From NCBI GenBank assembly GCA_001790525.1, contig MGCU01000023.1, forward strand, positions 5,659-69,658: 64,000 bases of DNA, written 5' to 3'. Of the stretch, positions 36,185 through 45,150 are shown one piece after another (within the stretch, counting starts at the first letter, position 1; each line of letters opens with the position of its first letter). The translations under genes and the position numbers were made by a program. A model generated the notes under the pieces. The model was not told the DNA's origin and made no database searches. It worked only from the letters and a program-made list of their open reading frames with translations. This DNA is from Candidatus Saccharibacteria bacterium RIFCSPHIGHO2_12_FULL_47_16b. Lineage in GTDB: Bacteria; Patescibacteriota; Saccharimonadia; Saccharimonadales; UBA10212.

Positions 36185-37126
36185 CTAGAGCTCCAGGCTA
36201 GCTAGTTTCTCCTTAACCTCTTCCAGGGCCTTATTGCCAAAACCTTTTAGGTCACGCAGTTCGGCTTCGCTCAAAGATATTAAGTCCTTAATGGTATGAA
36301 TGTCATTGTTGATTAAGGCATTGGTGGTTCTGGCACTAAGGTTAAGATCTTCGATGGTAGTCATTAGTTCGGCCGGCTCTTCGCCCTCGGCGCTGACCTC
36401 GCTTATCTCTTCCGGCAAAATTGAACCAGCTTCGACGCGAGTTTGACCCGCTAAAGCCGTGTACTGGTTAACTAAAATGGCAGCGGCTTCTTCAAATGCT
36501 TCACGAGGCGTAATTGTGCCGTCTGTATTGATGGTGATAAGTAATTTATCGAGATCAGTCATTTGGCCGACACGGGTATTTTCCACCTTATAGCGAACCC
36601 TTAAGACCGGCGAGAATAGGGCGTCCATCAATATTAGATCGGTTGCCTTTTTGGTTGAGCCTTGTTCATCAAGCACGCGATAGCCGCGGCCGGCCTCAAC
36701 CATAATCTCGGCATTGAAAGTAGCTTTAGCATCGTCGATAGTGCAAATTAAATGGTCTGGGTTAACTACTTCTACGTCAGCGTTAAGTCGAATATCTTTG
36801 GCAGTTACTTTAGACTTGCCCTTTTTGGAAATTTTTAGGGTTTGCGGTTCATTGCTAAATACTTTAAATCTAATGCCTTTTAGGTTCATCATAATCGCTA
36901 CAACGTCTTCTTTAATGCCAGCTATGGTCGAGAATTCGTGGCTAACACCGTCAATTCTAAAGCCAGTCACGGCTGCACCGGAAATGCTCGATAGCAATAC
37001 TCGACGCAGGCTATTGCCAAGCGTCATACCATAGCCGGGGTGCAAAGGCTCGATGGCAAAGGTTGAACTATACGGTCCATGGTCATCGATTTTGGCTAGT
37101 GATGGGTTGTGAATATATTTAGTCAT
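36185..37126 (-). CDS. rpoA: DNA-directed RNA polymerase subunit alpha
   Basis: Alpha NTD plus CTD (HhH, KGFGNKALEEVKEKL). Confidence 0.9.
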   Translation of the reverse strand: MTKYIHNPSLAKIDDHGPYSSTFAIEPLHPGYGMTLGNSLRRVLLSSISGAAVTGFRIDGVSHEFSTIAGIKEDVVAIMMNLKGIRFKVFSNEPQTLKISKKGKSKVTAKDIRLNADVEVVNPDHLICTIDDAKATFNAEIMVEAGRGYRVLDEQGSTKKATDLILMDALFSPVLRVRYKVENTRVGQMTDLDKLLITINTDGTITPREAFEEAAAILVNQYTALAGQTRVEAGSILPEEISEVSAEGEEPAELMTTIEDLNLSARTTNALINNDIHTIKDLISLSEAELRDLKGFGNKALEEVKEKLASLEL

Positions 37127-37141
37127 ATATAAATCTCCTTG

Positions 37142-37771
37142 TTAACGTGAGTAAAACTCAATAATTAGTTGCTCTTTAATATCTGGCTCAGCGTCATCGC
37201 GGCTTGGTTGACCGCTAAGCTTTATCTTGAAGTTCTTTCTATCAACTTTCAGCCAAGCTGGAGTGGCTGAGGGTGCTGGCGAAAGCTCATCTATATTTTT
37301 GAAGTAACTGGTTGTTTTAGCAGAATCACGGAGTACTAACTCGTCACTAATGTCTAATCTGATTGATGGTATGTCTGTCCGGCGGCCATTTAACATAAAG
37401 TGGCCGTGGCTGACTAGTTGACGGGCTGCCGGCCTGGAAACAGCCAAACCAGCTCGATAGATAACATTGTCCAGCCGTCTTTCTAAAAATTCCAGTAGTT
37501 TTATGCCGGATTCACCTTTACTACGCAATGCCTCGTTTACCAACTTCACAAACTGTTTTTCTAATAACCCATAAAGCCGTTTAACTTTTTGCTTTTCCCG
37601 CAGTTGAAGGGCATATTGGCTGGGTTTTCTGGGCCGGCCACCACCACCTGGCGTCGTACCGGGAGCGGTCGTTCTTTTGACCAAGACCTTATGGGCTTTT
37701 GGATGAAGTGCATAGCCCTCGCGGCGAGACCGTTTTACGATGGAACCTAGGTCCCTAGCCATCAGGCGCAC
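37142..37771 (-). CDS. rpsD: 30S ribosomal protein S4
   Basis: S4 family with S4 RNA-binding domain. Confidence 0.9.
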   Translation of the reverse strand: MRLMARDLGSIVKRSRREGYALHPKAHKVLVKRTTAPGTTPGGGGRPRKPSQYALQLREKQKVKRLYGLLEKQFVKLVNEALRSKGESGIKLLEFLERRLDNVIYRAGLAVSRPAARQLVSHGHFMLNGRRTDIPSIRLDISDELVLRDSAKTTSYFKNIDELSPAPSATPAWLKVDRKNFKIKLSGQPSRDDAEPDIKEQLIIEFYSR

Positions 37772-37865
37772 ATCCGGTGCTCAAAATTCAAAAACCAAAT
37801 ACCAAACATCAGAGGGTTTGAACTTTGAAATTTGAAAATTGAAGTTTGGAATGACGCAGTCATGA
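37772..37865 (-). repeat. Intergenic module between rpsK and rpsD (GAATGACGCAGTCATGACTAG palindrome plus TTTGAAATTTGAAAATTGAAGTTTGG repeats plus GAGCACCGGATGTGC SD hairpin)
   Basis: Same terminal modules as at 36028-36184, with a family-1-like AT-rich core. Confidence 0.55.
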
Positions 37866-38321
37866 CTAGTTCCTTTTAGCCTTTCTTGGTCGAGTGCCGC
37901 CGTGCGGAATGCCAGTCTTATCTCTTATGGTTTCGACGGTTAGTCTCTGATTAATCAATGTCCGGATGGCCGAATCACGGCCCAAGCCAATGCCAGTGAC
38001 GATAACATCTACTTTGGCAATACCGAATGTTTTGGCGTCAGTCAGCGCTTTTTCAGTAGCCACTTGGGCGGCATAAGCTGTTCCTTTTTTCGAACCCCTA
38101 AAGCCGCTGCTGCCGGCACTAGCTGAAGCCAAAACGTTGCCTTGCTCATCGGTTACAGACACAACTGTGTTATTAAAACTTGCCAAAATATGAACTTGAC
38201 CGCGACTAACTTGACGCTTTAGCTTTTTGCGCTTGGTTACGGTCTTTGGTTTTTCGTCAGTAATTTCTGCCGTTTCAACCGGTTTTACTTGTTCACTGCT
38301 TTGACCTTCTTTAACTACCAT
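37866..38321 (-). CDS. rpsK: 30S ribosomal protein S11 (N-terminally extended)
   Basis: S11 core HILASFNNT...; ~25-aa N-terminal extension. Confidence 0.9.
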   Translation of the reverse strand: MVVKEGQSSEQVKPVETAEITDEKPKTVTKRKKLKRQVSRGQVHILASFNNTVVSVTDEQGNVLASASAGSSGFRGSKKGTAYAAQVATEKALTDAKTFGIAKVDVIVTGIGLGRDSAIRTLINQRLTVETIRDKTGIPHGGTRPRKAKRN

Positions 38322-38441
38322 ACGCTCCTTTCAGTCGCTTTAGGGTCTAGGGTGTAGGCTATAGGGGATAGTTTGCCAAAAAGTATTTCTAGACCCTTGC
38401 CCCTTGCCCCTAGTCCCTGATGATGAATGCAATGAATCATC
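38322..38441 (-). repeat. Intergenic inverted repeat spacer (CTAGGGTCTAGGGTGTAGG ... CCCTTGCCCCTTGCCCCTAGTCCC)
   Basis: TAGGG direct repeats on the left mirrored by CCCTAG/CCCCTTGCC on the right: a long imperfect hairpin between rpsM and rpsK. Confidence 0.5.
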
Positions 38442-38828
38442 TTATGTTTTACTCGGTGCTTTCCTAGCGGTTCCACCTACTGTTATACGCTTACCGCGAC
38501 GAGTCCGGGCGTTAGTTCTGGTGCGCTGGCCACGGGTTGGTAAATTAGCAGCGTGGCGTAAGCCACGATAAGCATTGATGTCCTTCAAGCGCTTAATATT
38601 AGCGGTTACTGTTTTATGGAGCTCACCTTCAATGGTGTAATCGCTAGTGATAACATCTTGCAGTTTTGAGATTTCGCTATCTGTCAACTTTTTTACCCTA
38701 ATAGTTGGTTCAATGTTGGCTTTATCAAGGATTTGATGGCTAATCTTTGGACCAATGCCGTAGATGTAAGTTAAAGCTACTTGAACTTGTTTTTCGTCTG
38801 GAATTACCACACCGGCTAGTCGAGCCAT
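38442..38828 (-). CDS. rpsM: 30S ribosomal protein S13
   Basis: S13 family (MARLAGVVIPDEKQVQVALTYIYGIG). Confidence 0.9.
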   Translation of the reverse strand: MARLAGVVIPDEKQVQVALTYIYGIGPKISHQILDKANIEPTIRVKKLTDSEISKLQDVITSDYTIEGELHKTVTANIKRLKDINAYRGLRHAANLPTRGQRTRTNARTRRGKRITVGGTARKAPSKT

Positions 38829-38965
38829 CAGACGTTCTCTCCGGTCGCTTCAAACCCTAAGTTCGAAGTTCTAAACTCTAAAGTTTGGTAATTGGAATTT
38901 AGGATTTGGAAATTGTTTAGAAATTCGGGTTTAGAAATTAGGTATTGGAATGTCGAAGGCATGAC
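38829..38965 (-). repeat. Family-1 AT-rich repeat spacer between rpmJ and rpsM
   Basis: TTCTAAACTCTAAAGTTTGG ... ATTTGGAAATTGTTTAGAAATTCGGGTTTAGAAATTAGG, an inverted TCTAAA/TTTAGA arrangement. Confidence 0.55.
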
Positions 38966-39082
38966 TTAACCTTGCCTCTGTTTATTACGAGGTTTCTTTT
39001 TATTAATCACATAAACTCGGCCTTTGCGACGAACAATGATGTCGCTTGGGCTGATTTTTTTTACGCTAGCACGCACCTTCAT
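38966..39082 (-). CDS. rpmJ: 50S ribosomal protein L36
   Basis: Hand-translated [38 protein letters not shown] (38 aa). Below the ORF-track size cutoff. Confidence 0.8.
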   Translation of the reverse strand: MKVRASVKKISPSDIIVRRKGRVYVINKKKPRNKQRQG

Positions 39083-39233
39083 TCAGAACTGGTTCTCCCT
39101 TGTTATTCCAGATTTTTCAAAATCGATGCAGTTTGGAGTGAAGACCGAGGATCGTAAGCAAGCTGTATTGCGTAATACTGCGAGTGCGACCCGGAGGTTT
39201 TCGCCCAAAATGCGCGATTTGTGAAAGATCTGG

Positions 39234-39455
39234 TTAATTTTCGCGGTAGGTTATCCGACCCTTCGTCAGATCGTAAGGTGTCAATTCTACCTTAACGCGG
39301 TCGCCAGGCACTAGGCGGATATAGTGTTTCCGCATGCGTCCAGCGATGTGAGCTATAATTTTATGGCCGTTTTCCAATTCGACTTTGAACTGGGTACCTG
39401 GCAGGGCTTCAACAACAGTCCCGGCCAGCTCAATTACCTCTTTTTCACGAACCAT
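39234..39455 (-). CDS. infA: translation initiation factor IF-1
   Basis: S1-like OB fold [31 protein letters not shown]. Confidence 0.9.
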   Translation of the reverse strand: MVREKEVIELAGTVVEALPGTQFKVELENGHKIIAHIAGRMRKHYIRLVPGDRVKVELTPYDLTKGRITYREN

Positions 39456-39514
39456 AAATATAACCTGAAGATTATATCAAGTCGGAAGGTTTTTTGCAAA
39501 GTGTTTTTAAAGAG

Positions 39515-41038
39515 TTACTTTCGGCGGAAACGAGGCAAACGGGGTCTTGGGATAAAGCGCAGGCGCTTGGCGGCTGTTCCAGGTGGGTAGCTTTCTTCAT
39601 AAAAGTAATCGGGCTGTTCGTATTGATCATAGGTTATCATCAGGGCTCTTGATTCAATTTGACGTAAGGTCTCAAGTGAAACTGATACCAAAATCAGAAT
39701 GCTGGTACCGCCAATAGCTATACTTTGGGTTAAATAGATTTGAGCGATAATTGGCATAACTGCCAAAATGCCTAGAGCGATGGCACCAAACAAAGTCAGG
39801 CGGTTTACAATTTTGCTTAAGTATTTTTCGGTTTGTTTACCAGATCGGACGTTGGCAATAAAACCGCCTTGCTTTTGCAGATTTTCGGCGATCTCTTTAG
39901 AGTTGAAGGTCACGCTAGTATAAAAATAAGTGAAAACAAAAACTAGCAAGAAATAGGTCGCCGGATAAACCCAAGGCTTCCAGCCGCCGGCGGCAAAAGT
40001 AGCCGCGGTGGGGTTTTGAAATAGTTCTGATAAACGAACGCCTAGCTGTTCCCAGCCAGTTTGAGCGGCGTAGGCTACGCCTTGGCCGCGAGTTAAAAGT
40101 TGGCCGGCAAAGCTTGGTACACTCAAAAAAGCTACAGCAAAAATTATCGGGATAACGCCGGCCGTAATTAATTTTACGGGCAAGGTGGTAGTTACTCCGC
40201 CATATGCCCGACTGCCTTGGACTCTTTTGGCGTAATTGACTGTTAGTCGCCGCGAGGCTTCATTTAGTTTCACCACCGCCCAAGTTACAAAAACAGTTGC
40301 TAGCGCTGTTAAACTGATGATTATCAGCCCCCGGCGGCTGAAATTGTGGTTAAAAAGGGTTACTTTGTCGGCCGTCAGATTGTTAGTCCAAGTCGTGACG
40401 CCAGCTAGTTCGGAAATAAAAGTCGGCAGCCGACTGACAATGCCAACAGTTATTAAAAGCGAAATGCCATTACCAATCGAGCGTTCGGTAATAAGTTCGC
40501 CTAACCACATCAGGACCATTGAGCCGCCGGTTAGAGCGGCAATCATCAAAAACCATTCGCCGCCCGAAGCATTAGCGGTTATATCACCGAGTCCGCCGAT
40601 AGCTGAAGCTTGTTGCCTAATAAGGTAGATTAGGCCGATTGACTGAACTATGGCTAAGGGAAAGGTAAGCATCCTGGTATATTGATTGATTTTTTTGCGG
40701 CCAAATTCGCCTTCTTTGTTCATGGCTTCAAACTTTGGAATAGCCCGTGTCAGTAGCTGCATGATAATTGAGGCATTAATGTAGGGGGCCAGCCCGACCA
40801 GCATAATTGAAAAATTAGCTAGCGCCCCGCCGGACAAAACGTTCAAAAAGCCAAGCAGTTGATTAGAGTTAGTTTGGGTATAGAGGTTCTCTAGAACTTG
40901 CTTGAGGGTTTCGGGATCAGATAAAGGTACCGGGATATGGGCTAAAATTCTAAAAACCAAAAGCATGCCCAGTACGGCCAAAATTCGCTTGCGCATTTCC
41001 GTGTGACCGAGCGATTTAAATATCAGCTTCCAATTCAA
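39515..41038 (-). CDS. secY: preprotein translocase subunit SecY with ~60-aa C-terminal extension
   Basis: 10-TM SecY core. The C-terminal extension is YDQYEQPDYFYEESYPPGTAAKRLRFIPRPRLPRFRRK. adk and map are absent between secY and infA. Confidence 0.9.
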   Translation of the reverse strand: MNWKLIFKSLGHTEMRKRILAVLGMLLVFRILAHIPVPLSDPETLKQVLENLYTQTNSNQLLGFLNVLSGGALANFSIMLVGLAPYINASIIMQLLTRAIPKFEAMNKEGEFGRKKINQYTRMLTFPLAIVQSIGLIYLIRQQASAIGGLGDITANASGGEWFLMIAALTGGSMVLMWLGELITERSIGNGISLLITVGIVSRLPTFISELAGVTTWTNNLTADKVTLFNHNFSRRGLIIISLTALATVFVTWAVVKLNEASRRLTVNYAKRVQGSRAYGGVTTTLPVKLITAGVIPIIFAVAFLSVPSFAGQLLTRGQGVAYAAQTGWEQLGVRLSELFQNPTAATFAAGGWKPWVYPATYFLLVFVFTYFYTSVTFNSKEIAENLQKQGGFIANVRSGKQTEKYLSKIVNRLTLFGAIALGILAVMPIIAQIYLTQSIAIGGTSILILVSVSLETLRQIESRALMITYDQYEQPDYFYEESYPPGTAAKRLRFIPRPRLPRFRRK

Positions 41039-41088
41039 AACAGACTTACCCTCTCAATTTTTAATAGTATAGCAGGCGCCTTTACTTT

Positions 41089-41553
41089 TTAAGCCTTGGT
41101 TTTAGGGCGGGCCTGACGTTCAATCTTTGTAAAGCTGCCGCCGGCTTTTTTAACAGCCGCTATCGCTGCCTGACTAGCCGATTGTAGCTTTACTTCTTTT
41201 TTCGAACTAAAATCTCCTTTAACAACCAGCTTAACCTTGGTGTACGGGCTCTCAACCAATCCGACGTCAAATAAGGCTTGATTATCAATTGTCGGCTTTT
41301 TAACGAGCGGAAGTTGAGAGGTATAGACGGTTTCGGTCTTTGGCCGGTGGCTGGTAAAACCACGCAGATGGGGCAAGCGCATATAAATTGGCATTTGACC
41401 ACCTTCAAAGCCGGGTCGAACTCCGCCGCTTTTTCGGGCGCCCTGGCCCTTGGTGCCGCGTCCGGCAGTTTTGCCTCCACCGGCACTTATACCCCGGCCG
41501 ACCCGCTTAGCAGATTTTAGTCGCTTGGTTTTTAACTCGTGGTACTTGGTCAT
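41089..41553 (-). CDS. rplO: 50S ribosomal protein L15
   Basis: Gly/Arg-rich L15 N-terminus [19 protein letters not shown]. Confidence 0.85.
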   Translation of the reverse strand: MTKYHELKTKRLKSAKRVGRGISAGGGKTAGRGTKGQGARKSGGVRPGFEGGQMPIYMRLPHLRGFTSHRPKTETVYTSQLPLVKKPTIDNQALFDVGLVESPYTKVKLVVKGDFSSKKEVKLQSASQAAIAAVKKAGGSFTKIERQARPKTKA

Positions 41554-42095
41554 CTAACTGTCCTCTTCTTGGATTTGCTTGACGGCGTCTTAGCGGGTTG
41601 ATTTTTACGTGTCACCCAACTGCTTGGAGCAGTCATAGAAGTTAAAGCAGCAATTGTGGCATAAGCCATATTAACTTTGTTGTTTCTACCTAAAGATTTA
41701 CTTAGGGCATTTTCATAGCCGGCCACCTCCAGCAGGGTTCTGATCACACCGCCGGCAATCAAACCAGTCCCAGGCGATGCCGGCTTGATTAGGATATGCG
41801 AACCACTAACCTTAGCTTCTACTTCATGGGTCAGAGTACCGTTTCTAATTGGTAATTTAACCATGTCTTTTTTAGCGACATTAGTGGCTTTGGTAATAGC
41901 GGCAGTAACATCTGCGCCTTTACTCACACCCATACCAACTTGCCCCCCGTGATCACCAACAACAACTAAGGCTTGAAAACGAAAGCGGCGCCCGCCTTTG
42001 ACTACTCGAGCTACCCGATTAACAAACAAAACTCTCTCATCAAAAGTTTTGTCATCTGACGGTAAAGTTGTAGGACCGATTCTTTTATTAATCAT
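41550..42095 (-). CDS. rpsE: 30S ribosomal protein S5
   Basis: S5 dsRBD-like N-domain and C-domain. No rpmD (L30) follows. Confidence 0.9.
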   Translation of the reverse strand: MINKRIGPTTLPSDDKTFDERVLFVNRVARVVKGGRRFRFQALVVVGDHGGQVGMGVSKGADVTAAITKATNVAKKDMVKLPIRNGTLTHEVEAKVSGSHILIKPASPGTGLIAGGVIRTLLEVAGYENALSKSLGRNNKVNMAYATIAALTSMTAPSSWVTRKNQPAKTPSSKSKKRTVR

Positions 42096-42452
42096 CTAAA
42101 ATTCCATCCCGCCTTTGCGAGCGGCTTCGGCTAAGGCGGCTATCCGACCATGATATTTTTTAGGCCCGCGGTCAAAGACGACTTGTTTTACTTTAGCTTT
42201 CTTAGCTGCCTGGGCTAATTGCTCACCAACCCAGCTGGCTTTAGCAGTTAGATTAACAGACGGGCCGGACTTAGTCACTGATGTTACATAGACTATTGTT
42301 TGACCGCTATTATCATCAATTATTTGAGCCAACACCTGGCGATTACTAATATGAACGCTTAACCTAGGCAATTTGCCAGTTGTTTTTAGCTGGCTGCGGA
42401 CGCGATACGTCCGACGATTAGCAGTTCTGATTTTATGGACTAATCTGGTCAT
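42096..42452 (-). CDS. rplR: 50S ribosomal protein L18
   Basis: L18 family. Confidence 0.85.
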   Translation of the reverse strand: MTRLVHKIRTANRRTYRVRSQLKTTGKLPRLSVHISNRQVLAQIIDDNSGQTIVYVTSVTKSGPSVNLTAKASWVGEQLAQAAKKAKVKQVVFDRGPKKYHGRIAALAEAARKGGMEF

Positions 42453-42454
42453 GG

Positions 42455-43012
42455 TTACGCCGCTGTTGCCTCCTTGCCGCTCTTACCACTTTTACGGATA
42501 ATCTGTTCACCCTCGTAGCTTATTCCCTTGCCTTTGTATGGTTCAGGCTTTTTAAAGGCTCGAATCTCGGCCGCCACCTGACCCACTTTTTGCTTGTCGG
42601 CGCCGCTGACGGTAATAATATTTTGATCAACAGATAGACTTACACCCTCCGGAATTTTATAAATAACATCATGTGATAAGCCTAGGTTCATTTTAAGGTC
42701 AGTGCCTGATAATTGGCTACGGTAACCAACTCCACTTAATTCAAGTTTTATGTCATAACCTTGGCTGACGCCGGCAATCATATTTTTAAGTAGCGAACGC
42801 ATGAGACCGTGCTTGGCTCTGGTAATCGCTGTCTCATTTTGGCGATTAACTTGCAATTGATTATCCTTAACCGTTACTGTTATGTCGGCCAGCTTGGCTT
42901 GCTTAAGTTTACCTTTTAGTCCTTCAATATAAATAAAGTCTTTATCTACGATTACAGACACGCCAGGCGGTACAGCAATTGGTTGTTTACCGATACGACT
43001 CACAGAAGGCAC
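42455..43012 (-). CDS. rplF: 50S ribosomal protein L6
   Basis: Two L6 alpha/beta repeat domains. Confidence 0.9.
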   Translation of the reverse strand: MPSVSRIGKQPIAVPPGVSVIVDKDFIYIEGLKGKLKQAKLADITVTVKDNQLQVNRQNETAITRAKHGLMRSLLKNMIAGVSQGYDIKLELSGVGYRSQLSGTDLKMNLGLSHDVIYKIPEGVSLSVDQNIITVSGADKQKVGQVAAEIRAFKKPEPYKGKGISYEGEQIIRKSGKSGKEATAA

Positions 43013-43241
43013 CTCCGGTGCTCAATTATCAATTCACAATTATCCCCACACCAAAAACTTGAAGCTCCATAATCTGATTGCAGACTACTCCGCTCAGGTT
43101 TTGGTGCAGGGTAAGCAATGCTCAATGAATTATCAATTAGCAATTTGCAACTACTGGCTGCAGTTTGTTTGATAAATGACAAATGAGAAATTAATGGTAA
43201 ATGGTAAATGGTAAATGGTAAATGGAATGATGGAGTCATGA
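43013..43241 (-). repeat. Family-2 intergenic module between rpsH and rplF, carrying a nested ~70-nt hairpin mini-element
   Basis: The rc matches the 6662-6831 element module by module (AAATGGTAAATGG tandems, CATTTGTCATTTATCAAACAAACTGCA, CAATTATCAATTCACAATTATC, GCACCGGAGGTGC) with an extra insert at 43044-43111. Confidence 0.7.
43044..43111. repeat. ~70-nt hairpin mini-element, copy 2 (inverted relative to copies 1 and 3)
   Basis: CCCCACACCAAAAAC...CATAATCTGATTGCAGACTACTCCGCTCAGG...GTTTTGGTGCAGGG. The core is the rc of GAGCGGAGTAGTCTGCAATCAGATTATG. Confidence 0.55.
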
Positions 43242-43631
43242 CTAGTAGACCTCGCAAATTAATTCGCCGCCAATACCCTTTTTTCTAGCAGCCAAGCCGC
43301 TCATGATGCCTTGGGAAGTTGATAAAACTACTATACCGCGGCCAGCTTTGATGCTTGGAATCTCCGAGGCTTTAACATAATGGCGCCGGCCTGGGCGACT
43401 GACTCGTTTAAGTTCTGTTATAAGCGGCGACTGATCTAGTCCGTAAAGGAGAATTTGCAACTCTTTTCGATCATCCACTTGATTTGCCTTAACACTCGCC
43501 AAAAAGCCACTTTGTACTAAAACTTGAGCTACATCGTGCTTGATTTTTGAATGTGGCAAATTAACTTCATTTTTGCCGGTTGCCAAGGCGTTGCGAATTC
43601 GTGCTAACATATCGGCGATTGGATCAGTCAT
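43242..43631 (-). CDS. rpsH: 30S ribosomal protein S8
   Basis: S8 family. The stop lies in the GAATGATGGAGTCATGACTAG palindrome. Confidence 0.9.
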   Translation of the reverse strand: MTDPIADMLARIRNALATGKNEVNLPHSKIKHDVAQVLVQSGFLASVKANQVDDRKELQILLYGLDQSPLITELKRVSRPGRRHYVKASEIPSIKAGRGIVVLSTSQGIMSGLAARKKGIGGELICEVY

Positions 43632-43728
43632 ACGCCACTCCTTTCAGTCGCTCTAGAAACTAGGAAATAGGAAATAGGAAATAGTGATTTTACTAATTTC
43701 TGATTACTAATTTCTAATTTCATAATCC
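43632..43728 (-). repeat. Family-3 imperfect long hairpin spacer (AACTAGGAAATAGGAAATAGGAAATAG / ACTAATTTCTGATTACTAATTTCTAATTTC)
   Basis: Homologous to 24275-24368 and 59567-59665. Confidence 0.55.
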
Positions 43729-43998
43729 TTACCAGCTGCTTTTAGTTACACCCGGTATTTCGCCTTTGGCAGCATGTTCTCTAAAAGCAATCCGGCTTAA
43801 ACCAAACTGACGCATATAACCACGGGGCCGGCCAGTTTCAGCGCAGCGGTTTTTACGACGAGTCGGCGACGAATTACGGGGTAGTTTGGCTAAGCCAGCA
43901 TAATCACCAATAGCCTTGAGCTGGGCTCTTTTAGCAGAGTATTTTTCAATCAGTTGCAAACGCTTAGCATCGCGGGCCAGATTTGATTTTTGGGCCAT
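43729..43998 (-). CDS. rpsN: 30S ribosomal protein S14 (long, non-zinc form)
   Basis: S14 family. 89 aa, no C4 cluster. Confidence 0.85.
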   Translation of the reverse strand: MAQKSNLARDAKRLQLIEKYSAKRAQLKAIGDYAGLAKLPRNSSPTRRKNRCAETGRPRGYMRQFGLSRIAFREHAAKGEIPGVTKSSW

Positions 43999-44236
43999 CA
44001 GGCAACTCCTTCCGTCGTTGCAATTATCAATTCACAATTATCAATTTTCAACGATTTATCAAATATCAATTTACAGATTAAAGCAGAGGTTGCAGCTAGT
44101 TTGGTAAATGGTAAATGAGAAATTAATGGTAAATGCCTGCCCCGCATCAAATCCTGAGCGGAGTAGTCTGCAATCAGATTATGCAGCATCAAGATTTGGT
44201 GCCGGGGGTAAATGGTAAATGGTAAATGGAGCAATT
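43999..44236 (-). repeat. Family-2 intergenic module between rplE and rpsN, carrying nested hairpin mini-element copy 3
   Basis: CAATTATCAATTCACAATTATCAATTTTCAACG..., (AAATGGTAAATG) tandems, and the GCAATTTCATTGC palindrome at the rplE stop. Confidence 0.6.
44140..44208. repeat. ~70-nt hairpin mini-element, copy 3
   Basis: CCCCGCATCAAATCCTGAGCGGAGTAGTCTGCAATCAGATTATGCAGCATCAAGATTTGGTGCCGGGGG. The termini are an imperfect inverted repeat. Confidence 0.55.
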
Positions 44237-44833
44237 TCATTGCGACCTCTCCTTTTCAAACGGCATGCCTAATTTCTCCAGTAAGGCCTTGGATTGCTCA
44301 ACCGATGAGCTTGATATATTGAAGGTTATTTCCAGGCCGTGTGGTATAGCTGTATCCTCGTACGTTAATTCCGGAAAAACAGTTTGATCGGCTAGTCCGA
44401 TAGTATAATTGCCCTGGCTATCAAACGATTTGTTGCTTAAACCGTGGAAGTCACGCAAGCGAGGTAGGACTAAGTTTACCAAACGATCAGCAAATTCGTA
44501 CATTCTTTGACCGCGCAGGCTTACTTTTAGACCAATTACCACACCCTGTCGAAGTTTAAATGCCGCAATCGCTTTTTTAGATAAGGTCTTAACTGGCTTT
44601 TGCCCGCTGATTTTCATGAGCGTATTTTCCGCTACATCTATCAGCTTTTTATCGTCTTTAGCTTTACCTAGGCCGACGCTAACAATAACTTTTTCTAGCC
44701 TTGGTACCTGATGAAGACTTTTAAGTCCCAGTTGGCCCTTAAGTTCAGGCGCGTACTGCTCTTTAAACAACGAGCCTAGCCTAGCTTTATAGGCCGGAGG
44801 TGCTTTTTTAGTAGTCTGTGCTTGAGCAACCAT
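44237..44833 (-). CDS. rplE: 50S ribosomal protein L5
   Basis: L5 family. Confidence 0.9.
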   Translation of the reverse strand: MVAQAQTTKKAPPAYKARLGSLFKEQYAPELKGQLGLKSLHQVPRLEKVIVSVGLGKAKDDKKLIDVAENTLMKISGQKPVKTLSKKAIAAFKLRQGVVIGLKVSLRGQRMYEFADRLVNLVLPRLRDFHGLSNKSFDSQGNYTIGLADQTVFPELTYEDTAIPHGLEITFNISSSSVEQSKALLEKLGMPFEKERSQ

Positions 44834-45150
44834 TATTTAATTTCCTTGCCGGAAGTCTTTAAGAGTCTAATCTTGCTGCCATCTTCATCGACTTTATAAG
44901 CAACCCGTGAAGCTTTTTTGGCCGATGAGTCATATAGACCGACTTTACTTACGAAAATAGGTTTGGTTAATTCAATCACTCCGCCTTGAGGTTTGGTTCG
45001 GCTTGGCTTAAAGTGTCGTTTGACTATATTAACGCCCTCAACCGTGATTTTATTCAGCTTTGGATGAACAGCCAAAACTTTACCGATATGTCCTTTATAT
45101 TTACCAGACCGAATTATCACTGCATCACCCTTCTTCAAACGAATCTTCAT
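44833..45150 (-). CDS. rplX: 50S ribosomal protein L24
   Basis: KOW motif (GDAVIIRSGKYKGHIGKV). Confidence 0.9.
   Translation of the reverse strand: MKIRLKKGDAVIIRSGKYKGHIGKVLAVHPKLNKITVEGVNIVKRHFKPSRTKPQGGVIELTKPIFVSKVGLYDSSAKKASRVAYKVDEDGSKIRLLKTSGKEIK

Noticed and set aside
43013-44236. Tandem AAATGGTA, GAATTGT and AGGAAAT repeat runs as a possible CRISPR array
   Set aside because: Repeat period is only 6-9 nt with no unique spacers of 25-40 nt and no cas genes. These are microsatellite-like modules, not CRISPR.
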